Shown here piece by piece: positions 1 through 9,023 of a stretch of DNA of 64,000 bases. Numbering within the stretch: position 1 is the stretch's first letter; each line of letters starts with the position of its first letter. The stretch comes from Nitrososphaeria archaeon (lineage in GTDB: Archaea; Thermoproteota; Nitrososphaeria; Geothermarchaeales; JDFR-13), in contig JALWXN010000004.1 of NCBI GenBank assembly GCA_027078545.1, forward strand, positions 32,001-96,000, written 5' to 3'. The notes below the pieces were generated by a model. That model was not told where the DNA came from. It made no database searches and saw only the letters and a list, made by a program, of their open reading frames with translations. A program made the position numbers and the translations under genes.

Positions 1-841
1 GATCCTTAAGCTCCGGGAACTCTGTCAAGACCTCTGACATCTCGTTCCCACGCTCTCCACAGCCTACATACACCACGACATCTGTATCGCTCCACTTAGC
101 CAGCTGGTGGAGAGTCACAGTCTTACCAGTCCCGAAACCGCCGGGGATACATGCAGCCCCACCCTTAGCCACTGGGAAGAGGACGTCTATAACCCTCTGA
201 CCAGTCACGAGAGGTGTCGAGGGCGGCAGCCTACCATCCCTGGCCACGGGCCTAGCAACCTTGACCGGCCAGTCATGATACATATAGAGCTTCTCCTCCC
301 TACCATCAGGGGTCTCAAGTAGGGCGATAGGCTCATCTACCTTGAACTCACCCTCATAAATCTCCTTCAACACACCGGACTTGGTGGGTGGGACAAGAAT
401 CTTATGCTCGAGATACGGGGTCTCCTGGACAGTTCCCAAGATATCTCCCGGGCCAACCTCCACACCAGCCTTCAAGACAGGCCTAAACTCCCACTTCTTA
501 TCCCTAGGAAGGGTATAGGCCTTGATACCCCGTGAGATGAAGGGGCCACTCAGCCTGAGAAGCTCCTCCAGAGGCCTCCCAATACCATCGAAGATGTTGG
601 ATAGGAGGCCCGGCCCAAGCTCAGCGACAAGCTTCTTACCAGTCCCAAATATGGGGTCCCCAATCTTCAGTCCACTCGTAGGCTCATAGACCTGCGCCGC
701 GAAGGAGTCCTCGAAAACCCTGATGATCTCACCTACAAGCTTCTCCTCACCTACCTCAACGACCTCTCCAACCTCTATATCGGGTATCCCAGCCCCGAAT
801 ACGACCGTACCACTAACCCTAACTATCTCACCTACCCTCAC
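1..841 (-). CDS. atpA: A/V-type ATP synthase subunit A, N-terminal part (runs off left edge; absent from ORF track)
   Basis: Manual translation from GTG at 841 (GTGA overlap with atpE stop): MRVGEIVRVSGTVV...; Walker A IPGGFGTGKTV and GCGERGNEM motifs. Confidence 0.95.
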   Translation of the reverse strand, partial: MRVGEIVRVSGTVVFGAGIPDIEVGEVVEVGEEKLVGEIIRVFEDSFAAQVYEPTSGLKIGDPIFGTGKKLVAELGPGLLSNIFDGIGRPLEELLRLSGPFISRGIKAYTLPRDKKWEFRPVLKAGVEVGPGDILGTVQETPYLEHKILVPPTKSGVLKEIYEGEFKVDEPIALLETPDGREEKLYMYHDWPVKVARPVARDGRLPPSTPLVTGQRVIDVLFPVAKGGAACIPGGFGTGKTVTLHQLAKWSDTDVVVYVGCGERGNEMSEVLTEFPELKD

Positions 842-1446
842 GCCTTACCACCCCTCAGGATCTCCATCACCTCATACAACTCCTTCTCGAAAACCTCGTT
901 CAACCTACCGTCGAAGGTCGCCACGTAGAAGACCTTCTCATCCTCATCAGACATTACAAACCCGCCTAAGAACCTCTCCCCAGAATCCACGAACTCTACC
1001 TCCACACCCTTAAGGGAGGAGGCTATCTCCCCACCATATTTAGAGATGAACTCCGAGTCTGTGGCGGAGTAGAAAACCTTAACCTTCTTGGCACCAAGCT
1101 CCTCAGCACCACGGGCCAAGAACCTCTTCCAGAATTCTAGATACTCGAGACTATTCTTCAAAGCCTCAAGCCTAGACCTACTCTCAATCCTCACCTTATC
1201 CAGGAGCTCCATGATCTTGGTATAGACCATCTTCTTACCCTCCAGCCTCTTAACAGCTATGGAGACCTCTAGAGCCGCCTTCATCCTAGCCTCTATCTCC
1301 TGCCTCTTCCTCTCAATTATTGCTGTAGCCCTCTCCTCAGCCTCCCTCAGGATCTCCTCTGCCTTCGCACGGGCCTCAGACAGGATCTTCTCAGCCTCCG
1401 ACTCAGCGGAGGAAATTATCTCCTTCCTAAGAGCCTCCAGACTCAT
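838..1446 (-). CDS. atpE: A-type ATP synthase subunit E
   Basis: MSLEALRKEIISSAESEAEKIL N-terminal coiled coil, LGGFVM...TFDGRL C-terminal motif, directly upstream of atpA. Confidence 0.9.
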   Translation of the reverse strand: MSLEALRKEIISSAESEAEKILSEARAKAEEILREAEERATAIIERKRQEIEARMKAALEVSIAVKRLEGKKMVYTKIMELLDKVRIESRSRLEALKNSLEYLEFWKRFLARGAEELGAKKVKVFYSATDSEFISKYGGEIASSLKGVEVEFVDSGERFLGGFVMSDEDEKVFYVATFDGRLNEVFEKELYEVMEILRGGKA

Positions 1447-1751
1447 TCTACCACCCTCCTCACAACAAACTCTATCGCCTTGTCCAGGTTCTCCATACCC
1501 TTGGAATACACCTCCTCAGCCATCCTGCTATACTCCTCCTCGATCTTCCTGACCTCCTCATCAATCATCCGCTTATACTTCTCCTCAAGCTCCGGGAAGC
1601 TGGCCGCCTCACCCTCTCGTATCATCTCCTCAGCCTTCCTACGTGCATCTGCCAAGATCTTCTCAGCCTCACCCCTAGCCCTCTCGACGATCGCCTCGGC
1701 CTCCCTCTCAATCTCGATCAGCTTACTAAGCTCCTCCGACACACAGATCAC
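1443..1751 (-). CDS. atpH: A-type ATP synthase subunit H/G (peripheral stalk)
   Basis: About 100 aa charged coiled coil (IEIEREAEAIVERARGEAEKILADARRKA; C-terminal LDKAIEFVV) within the atp operon. Confidence 0.8.
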   Translation of the reverse strand: MICVSEELSKLIEIEREAEAIVERARGEAEKILADARRKAEEMIREGEAASFPELEEKYKRMIDEEVRKIEEEYSRMAEEVYSKGMENLDKAIEFVVRRVVE

Positions 1752-2083
1752 CTCCCAAGCTGAAGCTTGACACCCACAGCCTGGCTGACAAGGTTATACA
1801 GATCCTCCACCCTCTTACCAGTAGAGCCCGTTAGAGGAGGCATCACGACGAGAACCGGCCTATTAGTCCCCTCCTTCTTAAACTTGACATGCCTCGAACC
1901 CAGCTCAACATAGAGATCCTCGGGAACAATAAGCACATCCACAGACTCATCAGCCACAAGCTCACGTACACGCTTCTCAGCATCGATGATGGTGAAGACT
2001 GGATAGGTCTCCACCCCAATCAGCTCCAAGAGGGTAGCCAGATACTTATCCCCGACAAAAACCATCCGGCCCAACAAACTCAC
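1748..2083 (-). CDS. atpF: A-type ATP synthase subunit F
   Basis: FVGDKYLATLLELIGVE and LVSQAVGVKL match the subunit F pattern; operon context. Confidence 0.85.
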   Translation of the reverse strand: MSLLGRMVFVGDKYLATLLELIGVETYPVFTIIDAEKRVRELVADESVDVLIVPEDLYVELGSRHVKFKKEGTNRPVLVVMPPLTGSTGKRVEDLYNLVSQAVGVKLQLGR

Positions 2084-2155
2084 CCTATACCTCCCCTTAA
2101 TAATTACAATTTCATTAAATCGCGTGTGTAATATAAATCACAGATTAAACCCACG

Positions 2156-2746
2156 GTGCCCAAGGAGATGATGAAGAGGCTCCTCAAACTGATCGAGAAA
2201 CACCTGCCATACATCTCCCTAGCACTAGCAGCCCCACCAATACTGATACTTGGATACTACCTAGGCCGTGCCTACGCAGGGATCGACCCATTCTACCCAG
2301 TGGGGACAAACATGGTGGATAAGGAGATCATCATAATCCCTGGATACCTATACATGAAGCCCGTAACCCTAATGGTACTACTAGCATACGCATCATACGT
2401 AACCGGGCTACAGGCCCTAACCCGCCACGCGGTAGAAAACTGGGGAAGACCCCTACTCCAGCTGATAGAGGCTGCGGCACTCTTCTTCGCATACCTATCC
2501 GGATATGAAGTCCTCTTCAACTTCACCCTCTGGTCCGCACTGATCAGCTCCATAACCGTCGATGGGATACCGATGGGGAATATAGACCTACTCTACAACC
2601 CATTCCCTAATCCCGAGACCCCGTGGAACATAGTATTCGCAACAAAGATATTCACGCTCATATTCGCAATGTCCCTAACAACAGTCTACTTCACAAGAAA
2701 ATGGAGAGCTATTCAAATGACAAGACAACAGACAGTAGAAGCATGA
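2156..2746 (+). CDS. Hypothetical integral membrane protein (about 4 TM)
   Basis: Several hydrophobic segments, strand-typical codon usage, PNPETPWNIVFATKIF motif. Confidence 0.75.
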   Translation: MPKEMMKRLLKLIEKHLPYISLALAAPPILILGYYLGRAYAGIDPFYPVGTNMVDKEIIIIPGYLYMKPVTLMVLLAYASYVTGLQALTRHAVENWGRPLLQLIEAAALFFAYLSGYEVLFNFTLWSALISSITVDGIPMGNIDLLYNPFPNPETPWNIVFATKIFTLIFAMSLTTVYFTRKWRAIQMTRQQTVEA

Positions 2747-3014
2747 CTAGAGCCGCCAGAGACACGACCTGCGTCTCCCATACAGGAGCAAGGATTATAA
2801 GCAGACCATAGGTGACGCCTAGAAGCACGAGAGCCAGGGCCACCACCCAACCAAGACTCTTCCTCAGACCATCCGAGAAGAAAGACGCAGCAGCCAACAA
2901 CCCGATCAAAGCGACCAGTAAGACGTAGGGAGCCATCTCGTCCAGAGAGAGGACAACCAGTAGCGCCGAGGGTATAGCTATGAACACTGCCGATAAAGCC
3001 CTTGTAACAGGCAT
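2709..3014 (-). CDS. Small hypothetical membrane protein (3-4 TM)
   Basis: Hydrophobic ORF; probable ATG at 3014 after GGTGGGAG SD-like sequence (ORF track starts at 3056). Confidence 0.55.
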   Translation of the reverse strand: MPVTRALSAVFIAIPSALLVVLSLDEMAPYVLLVALIGLLAAASFFSDGLRKSLGWVVALALVLLGVTYGLLIILAPVWETQVVSLAALVMLLLSVVLSFE

Positions 3015-3067
3015 CACTCCCACCACTAGGAATGGAATATTTAGACCCATCCCCAATTAAATGTGAG

Positions 3068-3883
3068 ATGAATAGGCCCAGCCACAGCCTAAGCCTCCCA
3101 ACACTATCTACGGTAGATAGTCCAGAGGAGGCAAGACACGCCATAATAGGCATAAACATGTATGACGGGAAATACACGATCCACCCCAGACCAGCAGACC
3201 TCCTCAGAATATATAGGGACACATTGGAGGAGAACCTGGGAGGAGGGATATGGACCAGCGACCTAAAGATCTACGACCTAGGCAACCTCATATCACCGGG
3301 TATAGAAGACCTAGCCATAGATATAGAGACGATAAACAGGAAGTTTAGCCATACAATCCCGATCTACATCGGGGGCGACCACCTACTGACATACGCAACA
3401 GTAGAGGCTCATAGACCAGACACAATCCTAGTCCTAGACGCCCATCTAGACCTCAAGGACACACTATACTTCGACGGGCTCAACAGGGCCACAGTATTCA
3501 GGAGAATCATGGAGAGGCATAGCCCCAAAATAGTCTACTGGGGCGTTAGAGGCTACGACGAAGAAGAGAAGGCCTATGCAGAGAAGAGGGGGATAACAAT
3601 CCTCGATCAGGGAGAACACCCAGACACCCACCTGGATGGAAAAACCTACATATCCATAGACATAGACGTCCTAGACCCATCGATAATCAGACAGGTAGCA
3701 TATCCAGAACCACTAGGAAAAGGTGTAGACGAGGTACTAGAGATACTCAGTAAGAGCCTTAGGAGCGTAGAGGTTATAGGAATCGACATAGTAGAGTACT
3801 ACCCAGTCAACATAGACCTGGCCGAGATATCAACCATACTCAAGATCCTATACCACGCTGTACACGCCACAACCAAGACCTAG
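3068..3883 (+). CDS. Arginase/agmatinase (ureohydrolase) family protein
   Basis: GGDH, DAHLD and SIDIDVLDP metal-binding motifs; start uncertain (3032 or 3068). Confidence 0.85.
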   Translation: MNRPSHSLSLPTLSTVDSPEEARHAIIGINMYDGKYTIHPRPADLLRIYRDTLEENLGGGIWTSDLKIYDLGNLISPGIEDLAIDIETINRKFSHTIPIYIGGDHLLTYATVEAHRPDTILVLDAHLDLKDTLYFDGLNRATVFRRIMERHSPKIVYWGVRGYDEEEKAYAEKRGITILDQGEHPDTHLDGKTYISIDIDVLDPSIIRQVAYPEPLGKGVDEVLEILSKSLRSVEVIGIDIVEYYPVNIDLAEISTILKILYHAVHATTKT

Positions 3884-3958
3884 ATAGGTTTAGAACCACC
3901 TCCCAAGGATAGGAGAAACGTTAATAGGCCTAGATGAAGAAGTTTCTATGAGGGGTTG

Positions 3959-6748
3959 ATGAGTCTAGACAAATACTTCAAGCTATGGGAGGAGGATGAT
4001 CCCGAGTATCAGGGGGTCGAGGTAGAGATAATATTACCTGAGGAAGACCAGGACATAGCCCCCAGCATAGAAGAGACAGATAAAAAGGGAGGAGAAGACG
4101 ACAAAGGATTAGACACTAGCAAACCATCTGGAGAAACCTCTCCAGACAATGAACAGAGCGGCGGAGACGCGGATAAAGAGGATCCACAAAAAATAGACCT
4201 CGAACGAGATGGGGAGTTGGAGGAGGAGACTCCAAAAAGCTTCGAAGACCTACCAGAAGGAGTATACATGTTAATATCGGCTGGCTACGACTCAAAGGAG
4301 GAGAAGCCCTTCCTCTTATTTTACGACCCGAGGAGAGAGGAGATAATAAAGATTCTGGACCAGACGGGGCACAAGCCCTACGCATACTCCAAGATGAGGA
4401 AGGCGGAGCTTGAGAATAACCAGATAATAAAGATGTACGCATCCAAAATACTAGGTATAACCGAGGAGGAGAAGCACGACCCCCTCACAGATAGAGACAT
4501 AATAGTATCCAAGATAGTTGTCCGCGACCCCCTAGTAATAGGCGGAAGGAAAGACTCACTAAGAGAGAGGATAGAGCTATGGGAGGCAGACATAAAATAC
4601 TACCTCAACTACCTATTCGACCTAGGCCTACAAGTAGGAGACTACTACGTAGTTGCTGATGGCAGACCAGTAAGATACGATGTAGACCCGGCCCCAGAAA
4701 TACTGAGAGAGGCTGAGAAGCTCTCAGAGGACGAGAGGGAATGGCTCTTCAGACTTGCACAGCCAGTGATAAAGTTTAGAAGGGTTGCACTCGACATAGA
4801 GGTGTACAACCCACCCAATGTGATGCCACAGCCCGAGAACCCTGAGCACCCCATATTCATAATATCGCTGAGGGGATCCGACGGGATGAGACGTGTACTC
4901 CTACTAGACAGAGAGGGTAAGTATAACGGCCCCAGAACAGTGGAAGGCTACGAAGTAGAGGTATACAGAGACGAGTTGGGCCTGATAAAGAGGGCGTTAG
5001 AGATAATACGTTCATACCCAGTCATACTAACCTTCAACGGCGACACCTTCGACCTACCCTACATCATAAACAGGGCAAAGAAGCTAGGCTTCCAAAACAT
5101 AGCCCAATACTTCAGGCAGGGGCGTAACGAGGTACATCCAACATGGGGGATCCACATAGATCTATACAAATTCTTCAAGAACCCATCCATCAAGAACTAC
5201 GCCTTCTCAGGGGCATACGACATCATAAGCCTAGACACGATAGCCAGGGCACTCATAGGTAAGGGGAAGGTGGAGATACCTGAACACTTCAGCATGATGA
5301 AGACCGAGGAGATACTCAGATACGCAGTGACTGACGCAGAGATAACCTATGACCTCACAGCATTCAACAACGACCTAGTAATGAGGCTCATAACCATCAT
5401 AGGAAGGATATCAAACATGACCCTAGACGACGTGACTAGACTCGCAGTCTCCAACTGGATAAGGAATAGACTACTCTACCTACACAGGAAGAAGAACTAC
5501 CTCATACCCAGGGAGGACGAGATAAGGCGTAAACAGGGCAGCAGACACTTTGAACCAGTGACAAAGGGAAAGAAGTATGTCGGGGCCCTAGTCATAGACC
5601 CCGTGCCGGGGATCCACTTCGACGTCACAGTCGTCGACTTCGCCAGCCTATACCCCTCAATAATGAAGGAGTACAACATATCCTACGAGACAGTAAACTG
5701 TCCACACCCCGAGTGCAGGGAGAACAAGGTCCCCAAGACCTCTACATGGATATGCACAAAGAAGAGGGGGATAATAAGCGAGTTCGTAGGAGTCATAAGA
5801 GACATAAGGGTCAACGTATTCAAGAAGCTAAGCAAGGACAAGTCACTACCCAGGGAGAAGAGAGACTTCTACAACGTGGTACAGGGAGCCCTAAAGGTAT
5901 TCATCAACGCGATCTACGGCGTGACAGGGTCGGAGGCATTCCAGTTCTACTACCTACCCAGCGCCGAGGCCGTAACCACCTATGGAAGATACATCATCGA
6001 GGAGTCGATCAAGACGGCACAGAAACTAGGGCTAAGAGTTATCTATGGAGACACCGACAGCCTCTTCATAGAGAATGCAGATAAGGAGAAGTTACAACAG
6101 CTGATAGACGAGATCCAGAGGAGATTCAGGCTCAAGCTAGAGGTGGATAAGGAGTATAGATACGTAGTCCTAAGCAGCAGGAAGAAGAACTACTTCGGAG
6201 TAACTAAGGATGGAGCACTCGACATAAAGGGGCTACAGGGCAAGAAGAGCAACACACCCCCCTACATCAAGGACATATTCTACCAGATCCTAGACCATCT
6301 GAGAGAAATCACCAACCCAGAGGAGTTCGAGGAGGCTAGGAAGGACATCATCAAGATCATCAACGAGGCGCAGGAGAAGCTCGCCAAGAAAGAGGTACCA
6401 GTAGAAGAACTGGTGATCTCAGTCACACTCTCAAAGCCCATCGAGAGCTATACCAAAACCACCCCACAACACGTGAAGGCCGCTAGGAAGCTTAAGGACA
6501 GGCTCGGCAAAGATGTGCCACCAGGCTCAGTAATACGCTACGTAAAAGTGAGGGGGAGGGAGGAGGTATTACCCATAGAACTGGTCAGGGATCCCAGGGA
6601 GATAGACTCAAACAAGTATATCGAGCTCCTACTATCAACCCTCGAGCAGATACTAGACGTGCTGGACATCCATGTAGACAACAAGAGGAAGAGGGTCCAG
6701 ATAGTCAATGAGAAGGGAACACTAGACCAGTTCTTCAAGATCCAGTGA
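3959..6748 (+). CDS. polB1: Family B DNA polymerase, PolB1 type
   Basis: Exo I DIEVY, Exo II FNGDTFD, DFASLYPSI, KVFINAIYG, YGDTDS; CPHPEC...WICTKKRG insert typical of PolB1; C-terminal PIP-like TLDQFF. Confidence 0.95.
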   Translation: MSLDKYFKLWEEDDPEYQGVEVEIILPEEDQDIAPSIEETDKKGGEDDKGLDTSKPSGETSPDNEQSGGDADKEDPQKIDLERDGELEEETPKSFEDLPEGVYMLISAGYDSKEEKPFLLFYDPRREEIIKILDQTGHKPYAYSKMRKAELENNQIIKMYASKILGITEEEKHDPLTDRDIIVSKIVVRDPLVIGGRKDSLRERIELWEADIKYYLNYLFDLGLQVGDYYVVADGRPVRYDVDPAPEILREAEKLSEDEREWLFRLAQPVIKFRRVALDIEVYNPPNVMPQPENPEHPIFIISLRGSDGMRRVLLLDREGKYNGPRTVEGYEVEVYRDELGLIKRALEIIRSYPVILTFNGDTFDLPYIINRAKKLGFQNIAQYFRQGRNEVHPTWGIHIDLYKFFKNPSIKNYAFSGAYDIISLDTIARALIGKGKVEIPEHFSMMKTEEILRYAVTDAEITYDLTAFNNDLVMRLITIIGRISNMTLDDVTRLAVSNWIRNRLLYLHRKKNYLIPREDEIRRKQGSRHFEPVTKGKKYVGALVIDPVPGIHFDVTVVDFASLYPSIMKEYNISYETVNCPHPECRENKVPKTSTWICTKKRGIISEFVGVIRDIRVNVFKKLSKDKSLPREKRDFYNVVQGALKVFINAIYGVTGSEAFQFYYLPSAEAVTTYGRYIIEESIKTAQKLGLRVIYGDTDSLFIENADKEKLQQLIDEIQRRFRLKLEVDKEYRYVVLSSRKKNYFGVTKDGALDIKGLQGKKSNTPPYIKDIFYQILDHLREITNPEEFEEARKDIIKIINEAQEKLAKKEVPVEELVISVTLSKPIESYTKTTPQHVKAARKLKDRLGKDVPPGSVIRYVKVRGREEVLPIELVRDPREIDSNKYIELLLSTLEQILDVLDIHVDNKRKRVQIVNEKGTLDQFFKIQ

Positions 6749-6758
6749 GCATCCAGCT

Positions 6759-8174
6759 CTATACAAATGAAGGCCTCCTAGAGAGATACCTAGACACGTA
6801 GAGTGGGAGCCGTGGGAACCCCTCCAACTCCCCAGACACCTTCTCAGCCAACTCCTCAACACCCATCTCCACCGTCTCACCAGTAGCCCTCACCCTAACC
6901 CTGAGCCTCCCACTCCTAGCCTCCTCATCACCAACCACACAGATATATGGTATCCACGCCGACTCGGCATCCTTAACCCTCCGACCCACACTAGCATCCC
7001 TATCATCAATATCAACCCTTATACCCCTAGACTCCAATACCGACATAAACTCCTCACACACACCTAGATGATCCGAGGGAGACACGGGAATCAGCCTGAC
7101 CTGGGTGGGAGATAGCCACGTAGGCAACCTAGGCTTCTCCCCCCTCCTCTCCATCTTGGCAGCCTCCTCTAGAAACTCGAAGAGGAACCTCTCGACACTA
7201 CCATGGATAGCCGTATGAAGAATCACTGGATGCTTCTTACTACCATCCTCATCCACATACTCGATACCGAACCTCTCACCATTCCCAATATCTATCTGTA
7301 CAGTCGCCGTCTCAACAGGCCTACCCACAGAGTCTATATAGTGGAACTCAACGTTGAGCACCCAGTAATACTTACCCGCCTCAACAGTCTTTAGAAGCAC
7401 CGGCTTACCATCTATCTCCAGGAGACTCCTAAGGAAATCCATATTATCCCTTAGGAAGTCAACCGATATGTTATAGAGGCTATAATATTCAAAGCCGAAC
7501 TTCCTACCCTCAGAGAATATCAGTTCATAGAGCCTCCTAAACTCCTCCTTAGCCATCTCCAGATCCCTAGTCAAGACATGCATATCCGGCATGAAGAAAC
7601 GCCTAGTCCTGGTAAGCCCCTTCAACTCACCCCTCTGCTCATACCTATAGCTATCCGCCAGCTCGAAGACCCTCAGTGGTAGGTCCCTATACGTTATGAA
7701 CTTCCTCCGGAGCAGTGCAAACTGGCCGAAACAGGCTGCATACCTCAATACAAACTCTCTCTTACCAGGCTTGACCTTATACATCCTCTGGCCAAACAGC
7801 TCCGCATGCTTCTTGATCGCCGGGATATCGAGGTCATACATGATAGACGTGATTACAGGGTTAGCCCCGATCCGTAGAACGGTGGAGGTGGAATACTCCC
7901 TGAGAATATTAAGCATCAAGGCACCGTTAGGGAGATAGGTGAGGTGACCAGCATCGCTAAAAGGCTCAGGCTCAGCTATCCTGAGCTTAGAGAGATACTT
8001 TATATGTGGACTCTCACGCCCCCCAATAGGCTCAGAGAAGACCTCCTTCCTCACCAGGTTCATGAAGTTCTCATCATCAGAGGAGTACTCATCCGGATAG
8101 TATAACTCCCCATCCATGTCGAGGATATAGAACTCCCCCTCCATAACCTCCTCCATATCTACAGGCTCAGCCAA
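6759..8174 (-). CDS. thrS: Threonyl-tRNA synthetase, archaeal type, lacking N-terminal editing domain
   Basis: LRYAACFGQF, YRYEQRGELKGLTRTRRFFMPDMH, ILHTAIHGSVERF, LPTWLSPTQVRLIPV; likely TTG start at 8174 after GGAGGTGG SD; the longer ORF-track extension looks non-coding. Confidence 0.9.
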   Translation of the reverse strand: MAEPVDMEEVMEGEFYILDMDGELYYPDEYSSDDENFMNLVRKEVFSEPIGGRESPHIKYLSKLRIAEPEPFSDAGHLTYLPNGALMLNILREYSTSTVLRIGANPVITSIMYDLDIPAIKKHAELFGQRMYKVKPGKREFVLRYAACFGQFALLRRKFITYRDLPLRVFELADSYRYEQRGELKGLTRTRRFFMPDMHVLTRDLEMAKEEFRRLYELIFSEGRKFGFEYYSLYNISVDFLRDNMDFLRSLLEIDGKPVLLKTVEAGKYYWVLNVEFHYIDSVGRPVETATVQIDIGNGERFGIEYVDEDGSKKHPVILHTAIHGSVERFLFEFLEEAAKMERRGEKPRLPTWLSPTQVRLIPVSPSDHLGVCEEFMSVLESRGIRVDIDDRDASVGRRVKDAESAWIPYICVVGDEEARSGRLRVRVRATGETVEMGVEELAEKVSGELEGFPRLPLYVSRYLSRRPSFV

Positions 8175-8175
8175 C

Positions 8176-8370
8176 TCATCCCCACCTCCACTTCTCAAGC
8201 ATCCTATCCTTCTTAGTCGCCTTCTTATACTCCTTCCAATGATCCTTACAGAGCTTAACCCTACGCCCAGGGAGGAGCCTAGACCCGAAGACCTTTGAGG
8301 CCTTCTCCCTAGAGATGGTCTTATAGGCCTCCGCCCCACACCCCTCGACACTACACGACTCTCGGGCCAT
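8176..8370 (-). CDS. Small basic putative Zn-binding protein (C-x4-C...C-x2-H)
   Basis: MARESCSVEGC...LCKDHWKEYKKATKKDRMLEKWRWG; stop abuts the thrS start. Confidence 0.75.
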   Translation of the reverse strand: MARESCSVEGCGAEAYKTISREKASKVFGSRLLPGRRVKLCKDHWKEYKKATKKDRMLEKWRWG

Positions 8371-8432
8371 GAGAATATAATATGGATACACAGAATCATT
8401 AATCTTCGGTCTAGTCTAGACGGCTGATAAAG

Positions 8433-9023
8433 ATGCTGAATAAGCTACGCCCCCACGTATCTGGGAAACTAGAGAGGCTGGGGCTGATCCTAGCCAAACA
8501 TGGCGTTAAGCCTCTACACGTAAGCCTCGCAGGGTTCCTACTAGCCCTCCTCTCCATAGCACCCCTCATCCTCCTAGAGAGAGCAGTGGGGACATCACTA
8601 TTCATCACAATGATCATATTATCCGGTGCAGCCGATGCCCTCGACGGATCTATAGCCAGAGCATCCGGAACAGTCACGAGGAAGGGGAGCCTACTAGACT
8701 CGGTGCTAGACAGGCTAACCGACACCCTCATCCTCCTCTACATATATCTAGGCGGGGTGACGGGTAACGCAGCCCTCGTAATACTGCTCGTGGCCACAAG
8801 CCTGATCATCTCCTATATACGGTCAAAGGCCGAGTCACTAGGGGTCGAGATGTCTGGAGTGGGGCTGATGGAGAGGGGCGAAAGGATAATAATAGTCCTC
8901 ATAGCAGTTGCTACACATCTATTCAGCCCCATATACACCGAGTACATCCTCACACTACTCCTAATCCTAAACCTAGTGACGATCATTCAGAGGCTACACC
9001 ATGCTTGGAAGAGCCTCAGCTAA
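8433..9023 (+). CDS. pgsA: CDP-alcohol phosphatidyltransferase (archaetidylinositol-phosphate synthase-like)
   Basis: DALDGSIARASGTVTRKGSLLDSVLDRLTD signature; SYIRSKAESLG and GLMERGER. Confidence 0.9.
   Translation: MLNKLRPHVSGKLERLGLILAKHGVKPLHVSLAGFLLALLSIAPLILLERAVGTSLFITMIILSGAADALDGSIARASGTVTRKGSLLDSVLDRLTDTLILLYIYLGGVTGNAALVILLVATSLIISYIRSKAESLGVEMSGVGLMERGERIIIVLIAVATHLFSPIYTEYILTLLLILNLVTIIQRLHHAWKSLS

Noticed and set aside
2713-3222. 169-aa minus-strand ORF
   Set aside because: Overlaps the ureohydrolase gene and a more plausible membrane ORF; atypical composition.
8175-8399. 75-aa N-terminal extension of ThrRS in the ORF track
   Set aside because: The Arg/Gly/Ser-rich sequence overlaps a better 64-aa gene in another frame, and an SD plus TTG start exists at 8174.
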